From: a virus
Lineage: Duplodnaviria > Caudoviricetes
Reading direction: 5' to 3' (one strand)
IMG/VR virus record: IMGVR_UViG_3300035180_002081
Coordinates: 1 to 62,116 of that record
DNA length: 62,116 bases
Each line of letters starts with the position of its first letter. Within the stretch, counting starts at the first letter, position 1. Below, piece after piece: positions 1 to 9,400 of this stretch. A model generated the notes under the pieces. That model was not told the DNA's origin. It saw nothing but the letters and a program-made list of their open reading frames with translations, and did no database searches. The translations under genes and the position numbers were made by a program.

Positions 1-360
1 GGCACGGCGACCGCTGGCGACGCGGGCACGGCGACCGCTGGCTACGCGGGCACGGCGACCGCTGGCTACGCGGGCACGGCGACCGCTGGCGTCAGGGGCA
101 CGGCGACCGCTGGCGACACGGGCACGGCGACCGCTGGCTACGCGGGCACGGCGACCGCTGGCGACACGGGCACGGCGACCGCTGGCGTCAGGGGCACGGC
201 GACCGCTGGCGACACGGGCACGGCGACCGCTGGCGTCAGGGGCACGGCGACCGCTGGCTACGCGGGCACGGCGACCGCTGGCTACGCGGGCACGGCGACC
301 GCTGGCTACGCGGGCACGGCGACCGCTGGCGTCAGGGGCACGGCGACCGCTGGCGAAAAT
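1..360 (+). repeat. 24-nt coding tandem repeat, 15 units (GGCACGGCGACCGCTGGC + 6 variable nt)
   Basis: Units end in DA,YA,YA,VR,DT,YA,DT,VR,DT,VR,YA,YA,YA,VR,EN. Confidence 0.98.
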
Positions 361-528
361 GGCGTGATCTCGATCCTGTGGTGGGACGGCTCGAAGCAGA
401 AGTACCGCAAGGCCATCGCCGTCATCGGCGAGGGCGACGTCAAGGCCAACGTCCGCTACCGCCTCGACGCCGCCGGCAAGTTCGTCATCAACGAGACGCA
501 GCCCGCCACTGCGAAGGCGGCAGCGTAA
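1..528 (+). CDS. C-terminal part of ice-nucleation-protein-like repeat protein (continues from 61534..62116 across the junction)
   Basis: Frame 1 is open from base 1: 15 x GTATAGxx, then GVISILWWDGSKQKYRKAIAVIGEGDVKANVRYRLDAAGKFVINETQPATAKAAA, TAA at 526-528. Not in the ORF track because it has no start codon here. Confidence 0.85.
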   Translation, partial: GTATAGDAGTATAGYAGTATAGYAGTATAGVRGTATAGDTGTATAGYAGTATAGDTGTATAGVRGTATAGDTGTATAGVRGTATAGYAGTATAGYAGTATAGYAGTATAGVRGTATAGENGVISILWWDGSKQKYRKAIAVIGEGDVKANVRYRLDAAGKFVINETQPATAKAAA

Positions 529-1001
529 TGCGCCTCGTCACCAACGACCCCACGCACGGCGAGTTGACCGAGCGGGTCGACACGTTCGCGGCAGCGCTCA
601 AGGCCGGCATCGAGGAGGCCGACGGGTCGACGATCCTGCAGCGCCAGGTCGATGCCGTCGTCGAGGACATCGGCCACGCCATCCGCACCGCGCTCGGCGC
701 CCCGTGCCAGGTCACGCTCGATAGGCACGGCGAACTGCGCGTGCGCTTCGACGCGGCCAACACCGCAGCGATCGCCCAACTCGACACGTCACCGTCGGTG
801 TTCCCCATCGACGTCATCGTCGAGCAGCGCTCGACCCGCTGCACCGACCTCGCCGCGCTCAAGACCGCGATGGTCGCCGCGCTCGGCAACCCCGCCGTCG
901 CCGCGCGCATCCGCAACGCCGCGAAGCGCAACGGCCCCGCGCTCCGCGTCGCGCCGAAGTCCTACACGGGCGTGCTCACCTCGGGAGGCGTGACGGCATG
1001 A
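528..1001 (+). CDS. Hypothetical protein (MRLVTNDPT...)
   Basis: ATG overlaps the upstream TAA (TAATG); stop overlaps the next ATG. Confidence 0.75.
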   Translation: MRLVTNDPTHGELTERVDTFAAALKAGIEEADGSTILQRQVDAVVEDIGHAIRTALGAPCQVTLDRHGELRVRFDAANTAAIAQLDTSPSVFPIDVIVEQRSTRCTDLAALKTAMVAALGNPAVAARIRNAAKRNGPALRVAPKSYTGVLTSGGVTA

Positions 1002-1540
1002 GCGACCTCGAGTTCAAGCCCTTCGCGAAGATCGCGCGCCTGAAGCGCGACGTGGTCGTCACGGAGAAGATCGACGGCACCAACGCGCTCGTGTGCATCG
1101 CGGACGACGGCGAGACGATTCGCTTCGGCTCGCGCACCCGGTGGATCACGCCGGCCGACGACAACGCCGGGTTCGCTCGGTGGGGCGAGGAGCACCGCGC
1201 AGAGCTGCTGCAGCTCGGCCCCGGCTACCACTACGGCGAGTGGTGGGGCCAGGGCATCCAGCGGCGCTACGGCCTGACGGGGAAGCGCTTCTCGCTGTTC
1301 AACACGGGCCGGTGGAGCGGCGATAAGCAGCCCGCGTGCTGCCACGTCGTGCCCATCCTCGGCATCGGGCCGATGAACGAGACCGTCGACGCCGCGCTCG
1401 CGAAGCTCTGCACCGACGGAAGCGTCGCTGCGCCCGGGTTCGCGCGCCCCGAGGGCGTCGTCGTCTACCACATGGCGAGCCACATGCTGTTCAAGGTGCT
1501 GCTCGAGAACGACGGCGTGCCGAAGGGGGTGGCTGCGTGA
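998..1540 (+). CDS. RNA ligase family nucleotidyltransferase (stand-alone adenylation domain)
   Basis: Motif I TEKIDGTNA, FGSRTRW, YGEWWG, FSLFN, PEGVVV, C-terminal FK. Confidence 0.85.
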   Translation: MSDLEFKPFAKIARLKRDVVVTEKIDGTNALVCIADDGETIRFGSRTRWITPADDNAGFARWGEEHRAELLQLGPGYHYGEWWGQGIQRRYGLTGKRFSLFNTGRWSGDKQPACCHVVPILGIGPMNETVDAALAKLCTDGSVAAPGFARPEGVVVYHMASHMLFKVLLENDGVPKGVAA

Positions 1541-1821
1541 CCGCGATCGTCCTGTCGATCTTCCTGCTCGCCGCGTTCGTGGTCGCGCTCGAACGGCACC
1601 GCGAGGTCCAGCGCCTGCGCTCGCAGGTCGACGACCTCGCGTTCTTTACTTCGCTCGACTGCGACGCGTCGGTCGGCGGCTCTCCCCGCAAGATGGTGCC
1701 GTCCGACATCGAGGCGCTCGATCGCTTGTCGCGCAGGATCGGTGAAACGTGGGCCCCGGACAGCCAGTACAGCGCGTGGAAGAGGGCGTGCGACATGCTC
1801 GGAATCAGGGACTGGCGATGA
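1537..1821 (+). CDS. Small membrane-anchored hypothetical protein
   Basis: GTGA coupling; N-terminal hydrophobic helix AIVLSIFLLAAFVVAL. Confidence 0.6.
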   Translation: MTAIVLSIFLLAAFVVALERHREVQRLRSQVDDLAFFTSLDCDASVGGSPRKMVPSDIEALDRLSRRIGETWAPDSQYSAWKRACDMLGIRDWR

Positions 1822-1967
1822 CGTCCACCCGCTACCACGACCCCCTCGACCAACTCTCCGGCGCGCTCGGGATGCTGCTCGCGCTGCTCCTCGCCGGGTG
1901 CGCGTGGGCGGCCATCGTCGAGACCACCCACGGTGTCGACCGGGTGGCCGTCTGCGAGGCCACGTGA
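1818..1967 (+). CDS. Small membrane protein
   Basis: ATGA/GTGA coupling at both ends; one TM segment. Confidence 0.5.
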   Translation: MTSTRYHDPLDQLSGALGMLLALLLAGCAWAAIVETTHGVDRVAVCEAT

Positions 1968-2338
1968 CCGAGAGCGCCGAGAAGCCCGTCGACCTGCAGC
2001 ACTGGCTCATACAGCGCGAGCAGACCCGCAAGGACTATCGAGGCCGCATCATCGCGGGCAACGACATGGCAACAGGCGAGATCCTGTTCAGCGCGCGGGG
2101 CCTTGCCTGGCGCGTCCAGGCCGAGGGGCGCACCCGCGACGTCGTGCGCGCGTTCGAGGCCATCCGCGGCGACGGAGGCGCGCTCACCTTCAACTTCGCG
2201 CCGGACCCGCGCTGCACCTGGCACGAGTGCACCGCCCGCGCGACCACGGAACGCACGCAGCTCGGCGGCGCCGTGGCCCCCCTTTGCTCCACCCACAACG
2301 CCGAGGGCGACCGCCTCGGGTACTGGCTACCACAATGA
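1964..2338 (+). CDS. Hypothetical protein with C-terminal Cys/His cluster
   Basis: Coupled start and stop; CTWHEC...LCSTH. Confidence 0.6.
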   Translation: MTESAEKPVDLQHWLIQREQTRKDYRGRIIAGNDMATGEILFSARGLAWRVQAEGRTRDVVRAFEAIRGDGGALTFNFAPDPRCTWHECTARATTERTQLGGAVAPLCSTHNAEGDRLGYWLPQ

Positions 2339-2991
2339 TCATCGACCCCACGAACGCTGACGATCGCGCGCGGCTCGACCTGTACATCCACCAGATCGCG
2401 CGCGAGAACGAGAAGCTGCGCGCCGAGCTGGAGGCCACGAAGGTCAACGCTGGCAAGACGCGTGTCGGCCTGCAGCTCGTGCTGACCGAGAAGGAACGCG
2501 CCGAGCGTCAGCTCGCGAACCTGGAGGCGGCGTTCGAGAAGCAAGCCGACCAGCTCCGCGGGCTCGCGTCGCAGCGTGACGCCGCGGTCTCCCGCGCCGA
2601 CATCGCGACCAACTGGATGGGGCACTACATCGCCGAGGAGGAGGCCGCCGACGACGCCCTCGACGCGCTGCCCGAGACGCTTCGCCCCGCGCAAGGGCCG
2701 CTCGACCAGCGCGTGCGCAGCCTCGCCTCGAAGCTGCGCAACACCGGCCCGTTCGTGATGGCAGAGGAGCTGCAGCGCGTGAAGCAGGCGCTGGCGAAGG
2801 TGAACGAGGAGCGCCGCAACGCGCCGCACGTCTCCGTCGCGATGGCCCACGCAGCAATCGCGGACGCTGCCGCCGACGCGCGCCGCAACGCCCTCGCCGA
2901 GGTCGCGCAGTCGCTCGCGAAGATGCAGGAGACGCAGGCGCACGCCCGCGAGCAGCTCCGCGAGCCCAACAACGGCAAGAGCTACTCCTGA
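2335..2991 (+). CDS. Coiled-coil hypothetical protein
   Basis: ATGA coupling; heptad-rich helical sequence. Confidence 0.7.
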   Translation: MIIDPTNADDRARLDLYIHQIARENEKLRAELEATKVNAGKTRVGLQLVLTEKERAERQLANLEAAFEKQADQLRGLASQRDAAVSRADIATNWMGHYIAEEEAADDALDALPETLRPAQGPLDQRVRSLASKLRNTGPFVMAEELQRVKQALAKVNEERRNAPHVSVAMAHAAIADAAADARRNALAEVAQSLAKMQETQAHAREQLREPNNGKSYS

Positions 2992-2995
2992 CCGC

Positions 2996-3541
2996 ATGAA
3001 CCCGCGCGCGCCCTGCCCTCACGGTGGCGGGGCGCGCGCTGCCACTTCGAAAGCGAGTGCCCCCGTGGGACGCCCGACCAAGCTGACGCCCGAGATCCAC
3101 GCTGACATCGTCGAACGCCTCGGCAACGGCGAGTTCCGCGAGCAGGCCGCCGCCGCTGCCGGCATCGACTCGTCCACGTTCCGGCGCTGGATGCTGCGCG
3201 CCGAGGAAGGCGAGGAGCCCTACGCGCAGTTCGCGCACGACGTCGCCGTCGCTGACGCCAAGGCCGAGGGCGCCTCGGTCTCCGTCATCAAGCACGCGCA
3301 GTACGGCGTGGGCGAGGAGCCCGGCGACTGGAAGGCCGCCGCGTGGCTGCTCGAGCACAAGTTCCCGAAGCGATGGGGCCTGCGCCTGAAGGTCGAGGTG
3401 GCCGAGGAGCTGGGCGACTTCCTCGCGAAGCTGGAGAAGAGCATTGACCCCGAGACCTTCGAACGCGTCCTTTGCGCCGCGTCTGACGCTGCTGGCATCG
3501 AAAAGGCTGGCGGAGCTGCGCGCGTCGAGAGCGACGGCTGA
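2996..3541 (+). CDS. terS: Terminase small subunit (HTH)
   Basis: GRPTKLTPE, HTH AAAAAGIDSSTFRRW, WKAAAWLLE; directly upstream of TerL. Confidence 0.8.
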   Translation: MNPRAPCPHGGGARAATSKASAPVGRPTKLTPEIHADIVERLGNGEFREQAAAAAGIDSSTFRRWMLRAEEGEEPYAQFAHDVAVADAKAEGASVSVIKHAQYGVGEEPGDWKAAAWLLEHKFPKRWGLRLKVEVAEELGDFLAKLEKSIDPETFERVLCAASDAAGIEKAGGAARVESDG

Positions 3542-4844
3542 CGACGAGGAGGGGCTGCTCGAGTTCATCCCGCGGGTGACTCCGTGGTTCGAGAGCCCCT
3601 CCCATCTCAAGCCGATCACGGACGTATTCGAGCAGGCGGTCCACACGCCGCAGAACGTCGCGCTCAGCACACCACCGCAGCACGCGAAGACCGAGACGAT
3701 CTCGCACGCGATCGTGCAGCTCATGCGGCGGATGCCGCGCAAGCGTCACGTCTACGTCACCTACGAGGCGAACCGCGCACAGGAGGTCTCTGCCGCCGTT
3801 CAGCGCATTGCGCGCGACGCCGGGTTCGCTGTCGAGGGGACCAAGTCCCGATGGCACACGGACACCGGCGCGGCGCTACTCGCCACCGGCATCGGCGGCC
3901 CTCTCACAGGATACGCGGCCGACGGCTGCATCATCATCGACGACCCGCACAAGAACCGCGCGGAGGCCGAGAGCGCCACGATCCGCGGCTCCGTCGACGA
4001 CTGGTTCAAGAGCACCGCGCTGACGCGCCGGCACCCGTCCAGCTCCGTCGTCGTCGTCCACACGCGCTGGCACGAGGACGACCTGATCGGCCGGCTCGTG
4101 AAGCGCGGATGGCGGTGGATCAACCTCCCCGCCGTCGACGACCAGGGGCGCGCGCTGTGGCCGAAGCACCGCCCTCGCAGCTTCCTCGACGAGCAGCGCG
4201 GCCACCTCGGCGAGTACGAGTGGGCCTCGCTCTACATGGGGCAGCCGCGGCCGCGCGGGGGCGCCGTCTTCGGTGACGTCCACTTCTTCGAGACGCTCCC
4301 CGAGTCGTACCGCGTCGCGATCGGCGTCGACTTCGCCTACACCGCGAAGACCTCGAGCGACTACTCCGTGGCCGTCGTGCTCGCGAAGGGCCGCGAGAAG
4401 GACTCTCCGCTCTACGTGCTCGAGGTGGTGCGCGAGCAGGTCACCGCGCCGGACTTCGCGAAGCGGCTCGTCGAGCTGCGCAAGCGCTACTCGGGCGCGT
4501 CGCTCTACTCGTACATCGGCGGCACCGAGCAGGGCATCATCGACATGCTCGCGCGGCCCCCGCACGGCATCGTCGTCAACGCGTGGAGCGCGGTGGGGCG
4601 CGGCGACAAGTTCGTGCGTGCGCAGCCGACCGCCGCGACGTGGAACCGCGGGAAGATCCTCGTGCGTCAGGGCGCGTCGTGGGCCCCCACGTTCGTCGGC
4701 GAGGTGGCCGCGTTCACCGGCGTCAGCGACGCCTACGACGACGAGGTCGACGCGCTCGTTGCAGCGCACGACGCCCTCTCTACGGGAGTGAAGGTCGGCG
4801 TGCGCACCTCGGGCGACCGAATCGACGTCGCGGCCGGATTCTAG
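3444..4844 (+). CDS. terL: Terminase large subunit (start uncertain, overlaps terS)
   Basis: Walker A-like PPQHAKT, IIDDPHK, TRWHEDDLIGRL, nuclease motifs GVDFA..DYS and DDEVDA. Confidence 0.93.
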   Translation: MTPRPSNASFAPRLTLLASKRLAELRASRATADDEEGLLEFIPRVTPWFESPSHLKPITDVFEQAVHTPQNVALSTPPQHAKTETISHAIVQLMRRMPRKRHVYVTYEANRAQEVSAAVQRIARDAGFAVEGTKSRWHTDTGAALLATGIGGPLTGYAADGCIIIDDPHKNRAEAESATIRGSVDDWFKSTALTRRHPSSSVVVVHTRWHEDDLIGRLVKRGWRWINLPAVDDQGRALWPKHRPRSFLDEQRGHLGEYEWASLYMGQPRPRGGAVFGDVHFFETLPESYRVAIGVDFAYTAKTSSDYSVAVVLAKGREKDSPLYVLEVVREQVTAPDFAKRLVELRKRYSGASLYSYIGGTEQGIIDMLARPPHGIVVNAWSAVGRGDKFVRAQPTAATWNRGKILVRQGASWAPTFVGEVAAFTGVSDAYDDEVDALVAAHDALSTGVKVGVRTSGDRIDVAAGF

Positions 4845-4929
4845 CCAGCGCGCGACGTGCGCGAGGCCTGCGCTCTGACCACACGTCCGCGCCAAGTGAC
4901 GGCGAGTGACCTCGCACGAGGTAGGGTAG

Positions 4930-6429
4930 ATGGGCATCGTCGACAGGGCGATCGACCGCGCGCGCGGTCTCCTTGGCGAACAGGCCATGGCGCTCGCCAC
5001 GCGTGCGCTCGGTCCCCGCGGTGCTGCCCCCGCCGGTTCAGGCGTCGGCCCCGGCGCGCGTCCTCCCGCGAACATCTGGCGTGAGATCACGTCGCCCTCG
5101 CCGTACGCCGAGAAGCGCCCGTACACGTTCGGGCAGAACCTCACGCCCTCGGCCGTGTCGAGCGCGCTCCGCCTCGCCGAGCTGGGGTACATGCAGCGCC
5201 TGTCCGACCTCGAGTCGGAGCTGCGCGAGAAGCTGCCGCACCTCCAGGCCGTACTCGCAACGCGCGAGCTGGCCATCACCGCGTGCCTCCGTCGCGGCAA
5301 GTGGGCCGTGCTCCCCGCGGACGTGAAGGGCGCCGGCAAGACGCGCAAGGCCGCCGAGGTCGCGGACTACGTCCGTCGCCGCTTCCAGCGCCTTCCTGCC
5401 TTCGCCGACAGCGTCGGGCACCTCATGGGCGGTGTCTACTTCGGGCGCTCCGCCTGCGAGACGCTGTGGGCCCGTGACGCTGAGGGCATCTACCCCGGCC
5501 GGCTCGTCACCGTGCACCCGCGCCGCCTCTCGTACGCGACGAAGCACGACTGGGCGATCCACCTCTACGACGAGACTGGGAACGAGCACGACCCGAGCCT
5601 CGGGACGCTCCCCGGCCTCGATCTACGCAACGACCCACGCTCTCGCGACAAGTTCGTCATCCACGAGCCGAAGACCGTCGGCGCCGAGTACCCGACCCGC
5701 CAGGGCGTGGGCCGCTCGCTCGTGTTCACGGGCTGCTTCCTCCGCTGGACCTACGCGGAGTGGATGCAGTTCGCCGAGCTGTTCGCCCGCCCGTGGCGCA
5801 TCGGCAGCTTCGACAAGGTCATCGACGACGAAGACGACATCGCGACGCTCGAGACCGCGCTGAAACAGCTCGGGTCCGCGACCACCGCGGTGCTACCGAG
5901 CGGTGCGAAGGTCGAGATCCTGTCGCCGAAGGGCGAGCAGAAGACCCACGAGCAGCTGCGCACCGCCTTCAACGCGGAGATCAGCAAGGTCGTCCTCGGG
6001 CAGACCAGCACGACCGAGCTGGGCGACTCCGGCAGCTACGCCGCGACGAAGGTCCACGACACCGTTCGCCAGGACATCCTTACCGCCGACGGCGCCTCGA
6101 TCAGCGAGACCATCACGCGCGACCTCGTCATGCCGATGGTCCGCCGCACGTTCGGCGCGCTCGTCGCTGAGACGATGTGCCCGCGCTTCGAACTGGTCAC
6201 GCAGCCCGAGGAAGACCGCGACGCCGAGTTCACGCGCTTCGAGGGCCTCGCCGGCCTCGGCGTGTCGTTCGACGCGGACGAGGCGCGCGAGCGCTTCACC
6301 ACCCTCTCGAAGCCGGCCGAAGACGCCGTGCTCCTGAAGCCCCCGCCGAAGCCGGCCCCCGCGATGCCGCCGGGCGCACCGAGCGCAGACGCCGCAGCCA
6401 ACGCCGACCAGGCGGACGAGGCCGCATGA
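4930..6429 (+). CDS. Portal protein, Mu gp29/DUF935-like
   Basis: W..FAELFARPWRIG, NAEISKVVLGQT, GSYAATKVHDTVRQD; follows terL. Confidence 0.92.
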   Translation: MGIVDRAIDRARGLLGEQAMALATRALGPRGAAPAGSGVGPGARPPANIWREITSPSPYAEKRPYTFGQNLTPSAVSSALRLAELGYMQRLSDLESELREKLPHLQAVLATRELAITACLRRGKWAVLPADVKGAGKTRKAAEVADYVRRRFQRLPAFADSVGHLMGGVYFGRSACETLWARDAEGIYPGRLVTVHPRRLSYATKHDWAIHLYDETGNEHDPSLGTLPGLDLRNDPRSRDKFVIHEPKTVGAEYPTRQGVGRSLVFTGCFLRWTYAEWMQFAELFARPWRIGSFDKVIDDEDDIATLETALKQLGSATTAVLPSGAKVEILSPKGEQKTHEQLRTAFNAEISKVVLGQTSTTELGDSGSYAATKVHDTVRQDILTADGASISETITRDLVMPMVRRTFGALVAETMCPRFELVTQPEEDRDAEFTRFEGLAGLGVSFDADEARERFTTLSKPAEDAVLLKPPPKPAPAMPPGAPSADAAANADQADEAA

Positions 6430-7670
6430 TCGACGACCTCCTCCTCCGACCGATCGACCGCTGCGCCATCTCCGACGAGGTGCGCACGCTGCTCGCGCAG
6501 CCGACGCAGGGCGAAGCGCTGACCACCGCACGCGAGTCGTGGGTGCAGATCGCGCGGTCTGGCACGTGGAGCGGGCACTCGGCCGGCGAGTTCACCTTCG
6601 ACGAGAAGGTCTACGCGCAGCTCGTCGCGAACTTCCGCGCCACGGCGAACCCGCTCCCGGTCGACTTCGAGCACGCCGCCGAGATGGGCCCGAAGGACGG
6701 CGTCAGCGCGTACGGCGCCCCCGCTCAGGCGTGGGTCACCGACCTCCGCTACACCGCCGACGGCCTCGAGGCCCTCTTCCGGTGGACCGATGGCCAGCCC
6801 GGCCGCGAGTACGTCCGACAGGGCGCCTACCGCTACACGAGTCCCGCCGTCTCGTTCAACGCCACCGACCGCAAGAGCGGCCAGCGAATCGGCGCGGAGC
6901 TGCACAGCGTCGCGCTCACCAACCGGCCATTTCTCGACGGCATGCGTGCTGTCGCGGCCAAAGACAATCGGGCCGCCACGCCCGAGGAGCCCTCCCGCAT
7001 GCCCCTCTCGAACGACATCCTCGCCAAGCTGCTCTCGTGCGACGTCACCGACGACGCAATCACCGCCAAGCTGACCGCCCTCGTCGACGACTCAGCGAAG
7101 CTCGTCACGCTCTCCGCGAACGCGAGCACCGTCCGGGCCCTCTCGCCCGAAGCGCACGCGATCCACGCGCTCACCTGCAAGTCGCTCGCGCTTCCCGAGA
7201 CCGCGACCGAGGCGGACGTGTCCGCGAAGCTCGTCATGCTCGCCGACCGCGCCAAGCTCGCAGACTCGCTCGAGCCGGAAGTGGTCGCCCTGCGCGCCGC
7301 GAACGCCGCGCACGAGAAGGCCGACGCCGAGGGCGAGGTCGACTTCATCCTCTCGAACGGCGGCACCTACGGCCGGAAGTTCGAGGCGACCGACCGCGAC
7401 TCGCTGCTCGCCCTGCGCGCCGCGAATCCGAAGGCCTTCGGCGCGACGTTCAAGGTTGTGCTCGATGCGCGCAAGCGTGGCGACACGCCGCACCTGTTCT
7501 CGCAGGTGACGCCGCCTGCCGAGCCTCCGAAGCCGCTGCCCGAAGGTTCGGACGGCTCCGGCGACGACATCACGAAGCTCGCCGCGCAGATCGCGAAGGA
7601 CGAGCAGGTCCCTCTCTCGCAGGCCATGAGCCTCGCGCATTCGCGCCTGCTCAAGTCCGCCAACACCTGA
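6426..7670 (+). CDS. Prohead protease/scaffold, Mu gpI-like
   Basis: LPVDFEHA, APAQAWV, YRYTSPA, LHSVALTNRPFLDGM; helical scaffold C-terminal half. Confidence 0.9.
   Translation: MIDDLLLRPIDRCAISDEVRTLLAQPTQGEALTTARESWVQIARSGTWSGHSAGEFTFDEKVYAQLVANFRATANPLPVDFEHAAEMGPKDGVSAYGAPAQAWVTDLRYTADGLEALFRWTDGQPGREYVRQGAYRYTSPAVSFNATDRKSGQRIGAELHSVALTNRPFLDGMRAVAAKDNRAATPEEPSRMPLSNDILAKLLSCDVTDDAITAKLTALVDDSAKLVTLSANASTVRALSPEAHAIHALTCKSLALPETATEADVSAKLVMLADRAKLADSLEPEVVALRAANAAHEKADAEGEVDFILSNGGTYGRKFEATDRDSLLALRAANPKAFGATFKVVLDARKRGDTPHLFSQVTPPAEPPKPLPEGSDGSGDDITKLAAQIAKDEQVPLSQAMSLAHSRLLKSANT
6999..7670 (+). CDS. Nested scaffolding protein (Mu gpZ-like internal start)
   Basis: GAGGAG at 6984-6989 precedes an in-frame ATG (MPLSNDIL) just after the protease domain. 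Confidence 0.55.
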   Translation: MPLSNDILAKLLSCDVTDDAITAKLTALVDDSAKLVTLSANASTVRALSPEAHAIHALTCKSLALPETATEADVSAKLVMLADRAKLADSLEPEVVALRAANAAHEKADAEGEVDFILSNGGTYGRKFEATDRDSLLALRAANPKAFGATFKVVLDARKRGDTPHLFSQVTPPAEPPKPLPEGSDGSGDDITKLAAQIAKDEQVPLSQAMSLAHSRLLKSANT

Positions 7671-7686
7671 TTCGAAGGAGCACGAC

Positions 7687-8112
7687 ATGGCAGGCAACTC
7701 CCCCAGCTGGAAGGTCGACAACGCCGGCATCACGGTCTTCGCCGTGTCGGCCGTCGCCGCGAACCTCTTCCTCGTCCCCGACGCGACCGCCACCAAGGGC
7801 GCGAAGATCCCCGTGACGGCGTCCACGCCGTTCATGCACAAGGGCGTCTCGCGAACCGCGATCGCCGCGGGCACCTACGGCACGACCTACTTCGAGCCCG
7901 GCTCGACGGTCGTCGTGAAGGCCTCGGGCTCCGTCACCAAGGGTGACCAGCTCTTCGTGGACACCACGTCGACGAAGGAAGGCCGCGCGAAGACGTACGT
8001 CAACTTCGCGACCAACGGCGTCGCCCTGCTCTGCGGCATCGCCGAGACCACGGGCGTCGACGGCGACCTGATCGAAGTGCTGCTCACGGTGCCGTCCGCC
8101 AAGACCGCGTGA
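7687..8112 (+). CDS. Capsid decoration/cement protein
   Basis: Lies between scaffold and MCP; GAAGGAG RBS; beta-rich with VTKGD and GIA...G.DGDLIEVLL. Confidence 0.75.
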   Translation: MAGNSPSWKVDNAGITVFAVSAVAANLFLVPDATATKGAKIPVTASTPFMHKGVSRTAIAAGTYGTTYFEPGSTVVVKASGSVTKGDQLFVDTTSTKEGRAKTYVNFATNGVALLCGIAETTGVDGDLIEVLLTVPSAKTA

Positions 8113-8201
8113 TCCATCGCGTGGTGGCGTGGCTCCGAGAGGGGCCGCGCGCCACGCGCGCTCGCTCTCCCCCTCGACTCTCACCACTCCAGTCCACCCC
8201 C

Positions 8202-8242
8202 ACGAAGGGGCCGCGCGCTCAATGCAGCGCCGGCCCCTTCGT
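8202..8242 (+). promoter_or_regulatory. 12-bp-stem RNA hairpin upstream of major capsid gene
   Basis: ACGAAGGGGCCG / CGGCCCCTTCGT. Confidence 0.6.
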
Positions 8243-8285
8243 CCGTTTTGCCGCCGCGACCACCGCAGGCGGAGGAGCCACGCCA

Positions 8286-9398
8286 ATGCTGCTCTCGCGC
8301 ATCTACGCGCACGCCAAGCGCGAAGACCTCGCGGCGAAGATCGCCGGCAAGCCCGCCGACGTCGACGTCGATCACTACCTCTCGAAGCAGTTCGCTGCCG
8401 CAGAGGCCGAGCAGAAGAAGACCCTGCTCGCGTACTCGAAGTCCGACGTTCACGTCGACCGCTTCGCGCCGAACTTCTCGATCGCGTACCGCGGTCAGGA
8501 GACGCTGATCGCGGACCTCGCGCTGCCGATCGTTCCGGTCGACGCCGCGAGCAACAAGTTCGTCGTGTGGGACCGCCGCATGGCGATGGCCATCACCGAC
8601 GACGAAGTCGGCCCGCTCGGCCGCGTCGGGCAGGTCTACCAGGACTTCAGCTCGAGCACCTACACGTGCATCGGCCGCGCGCTGATGTCGCAGGTCGCGA
8701 ACGACATCCTCGCCAACGCGGATGCGCCGCTCGATCTGCTCTCGGAGGCTGCGGCCGACGTGCGCGATCGCCTCGCTCGCAACCGCGAGGACCGCGCCGC
8801 GACGCTGCTCATGACGGCGGCGAACTACGCCGCGGCCAACTCGGTGGCGCTCTCGGGCACCAACCGCTGGGACGTCGTGTCGGGCAGCACCGCCGACCCG
8901 ATCAGCGACATCATGAACGCGATGGCGGCCGTCGGCGTCGCCGCGCCGATCAACGCGATCGTCATGTCGCTCCCGGTGTGGACGGCGTTCCGCAAGCACC
9001 CGAAGGTCGTCGCCGCGCTCGGCGGCTTCGTGCAGTCGACCACGAGCGGCGTGCCCCTCGGCGCGGTCGCGACGGTCGAGGCCGTGCGCCAGTTCTTCGG
9101 GCTCGACTACTTCCTGGTCGGCAACGCCAAGAAGGACACCGCGAACCCCGGCAACGCGACCGCGGCGTTCAACTTCATCTGGGGCAAGGGCTGCGCGCTC
9201 GTGCGCCTCAACCCCGGCGCCGGCATGAACCAGCTGGCGTTCGCGAAGACGTTCCGCCACCAGCTCCTGAACTTCACCAGCTGGTTCGACCCGAGCCCCG
9301 GTGTGAGCGGCGCGACGCTCATCAAGGGCGGGTTCAGCGACTCCGAGAAGGTGACCGCGGCCGACGCGGGCTACCTGATCGACACGGTGATCAGCTGA
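8286..9398 (+). CDS. Major capsid protein
   Basis: GGAGGAG RBS; VD...NFSIAY...IADLALPIVPV, W....ADPISDI, IWGK, AGYLIDTVIS. Confidence 0.9.
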   Translation: MLLSRIYAHAKREDLAAKIAGKPADVDVDHYLSKQFAAAEAEQKKTLLAYSKSDVHVDRFAPNFSIAYRGQETLIADLALPIVPVDAASNKFVVWDRRMAMAITDDEVGPLGRVGQVYQDFSSSTYTCIGRALMSQVANDILANADAPLDLLSEAAADVRDRLARNREDRAATLLMTAANYAAANSVALSGTNRWDVVSGSTADPISDIMNAMAAVGVAAPINAIVMSLPVWTAFRKHPKVVAALGGFVQSTTSGVPLGAVATVEAVRQFFGLDYFLVGNAKKDTANPGNATAAFNFIWGKGCALVRLNPGAGMNQLAFAKTFRHQLLNFTSWFDPSPGVSGATLIKGGFSDSEKVTAADAGYLIDTVIS

Positions 9399-9400
9399 TC

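Noticed and set aside
1-360. CRISPR-like array (constant 18-mer with variable inserts)
   Set aside because: Inserts are only 6 nt and recur, the 24-nt period keeps an open frame, and there are no cas genes. It is a coding tandem repeat.
378-527. N-terminal extension of ORF 378..1001
   Set aside because: It overlaps the INP-like C-terminus in another frame; the coupled ATG at 528 is the better start.
8109-8285. N-terminal extension of the capsid ORF from 8109
   Set aside because: The region is hairpin-rich and non-coding in character; a strong SD precedes ATG 8286.
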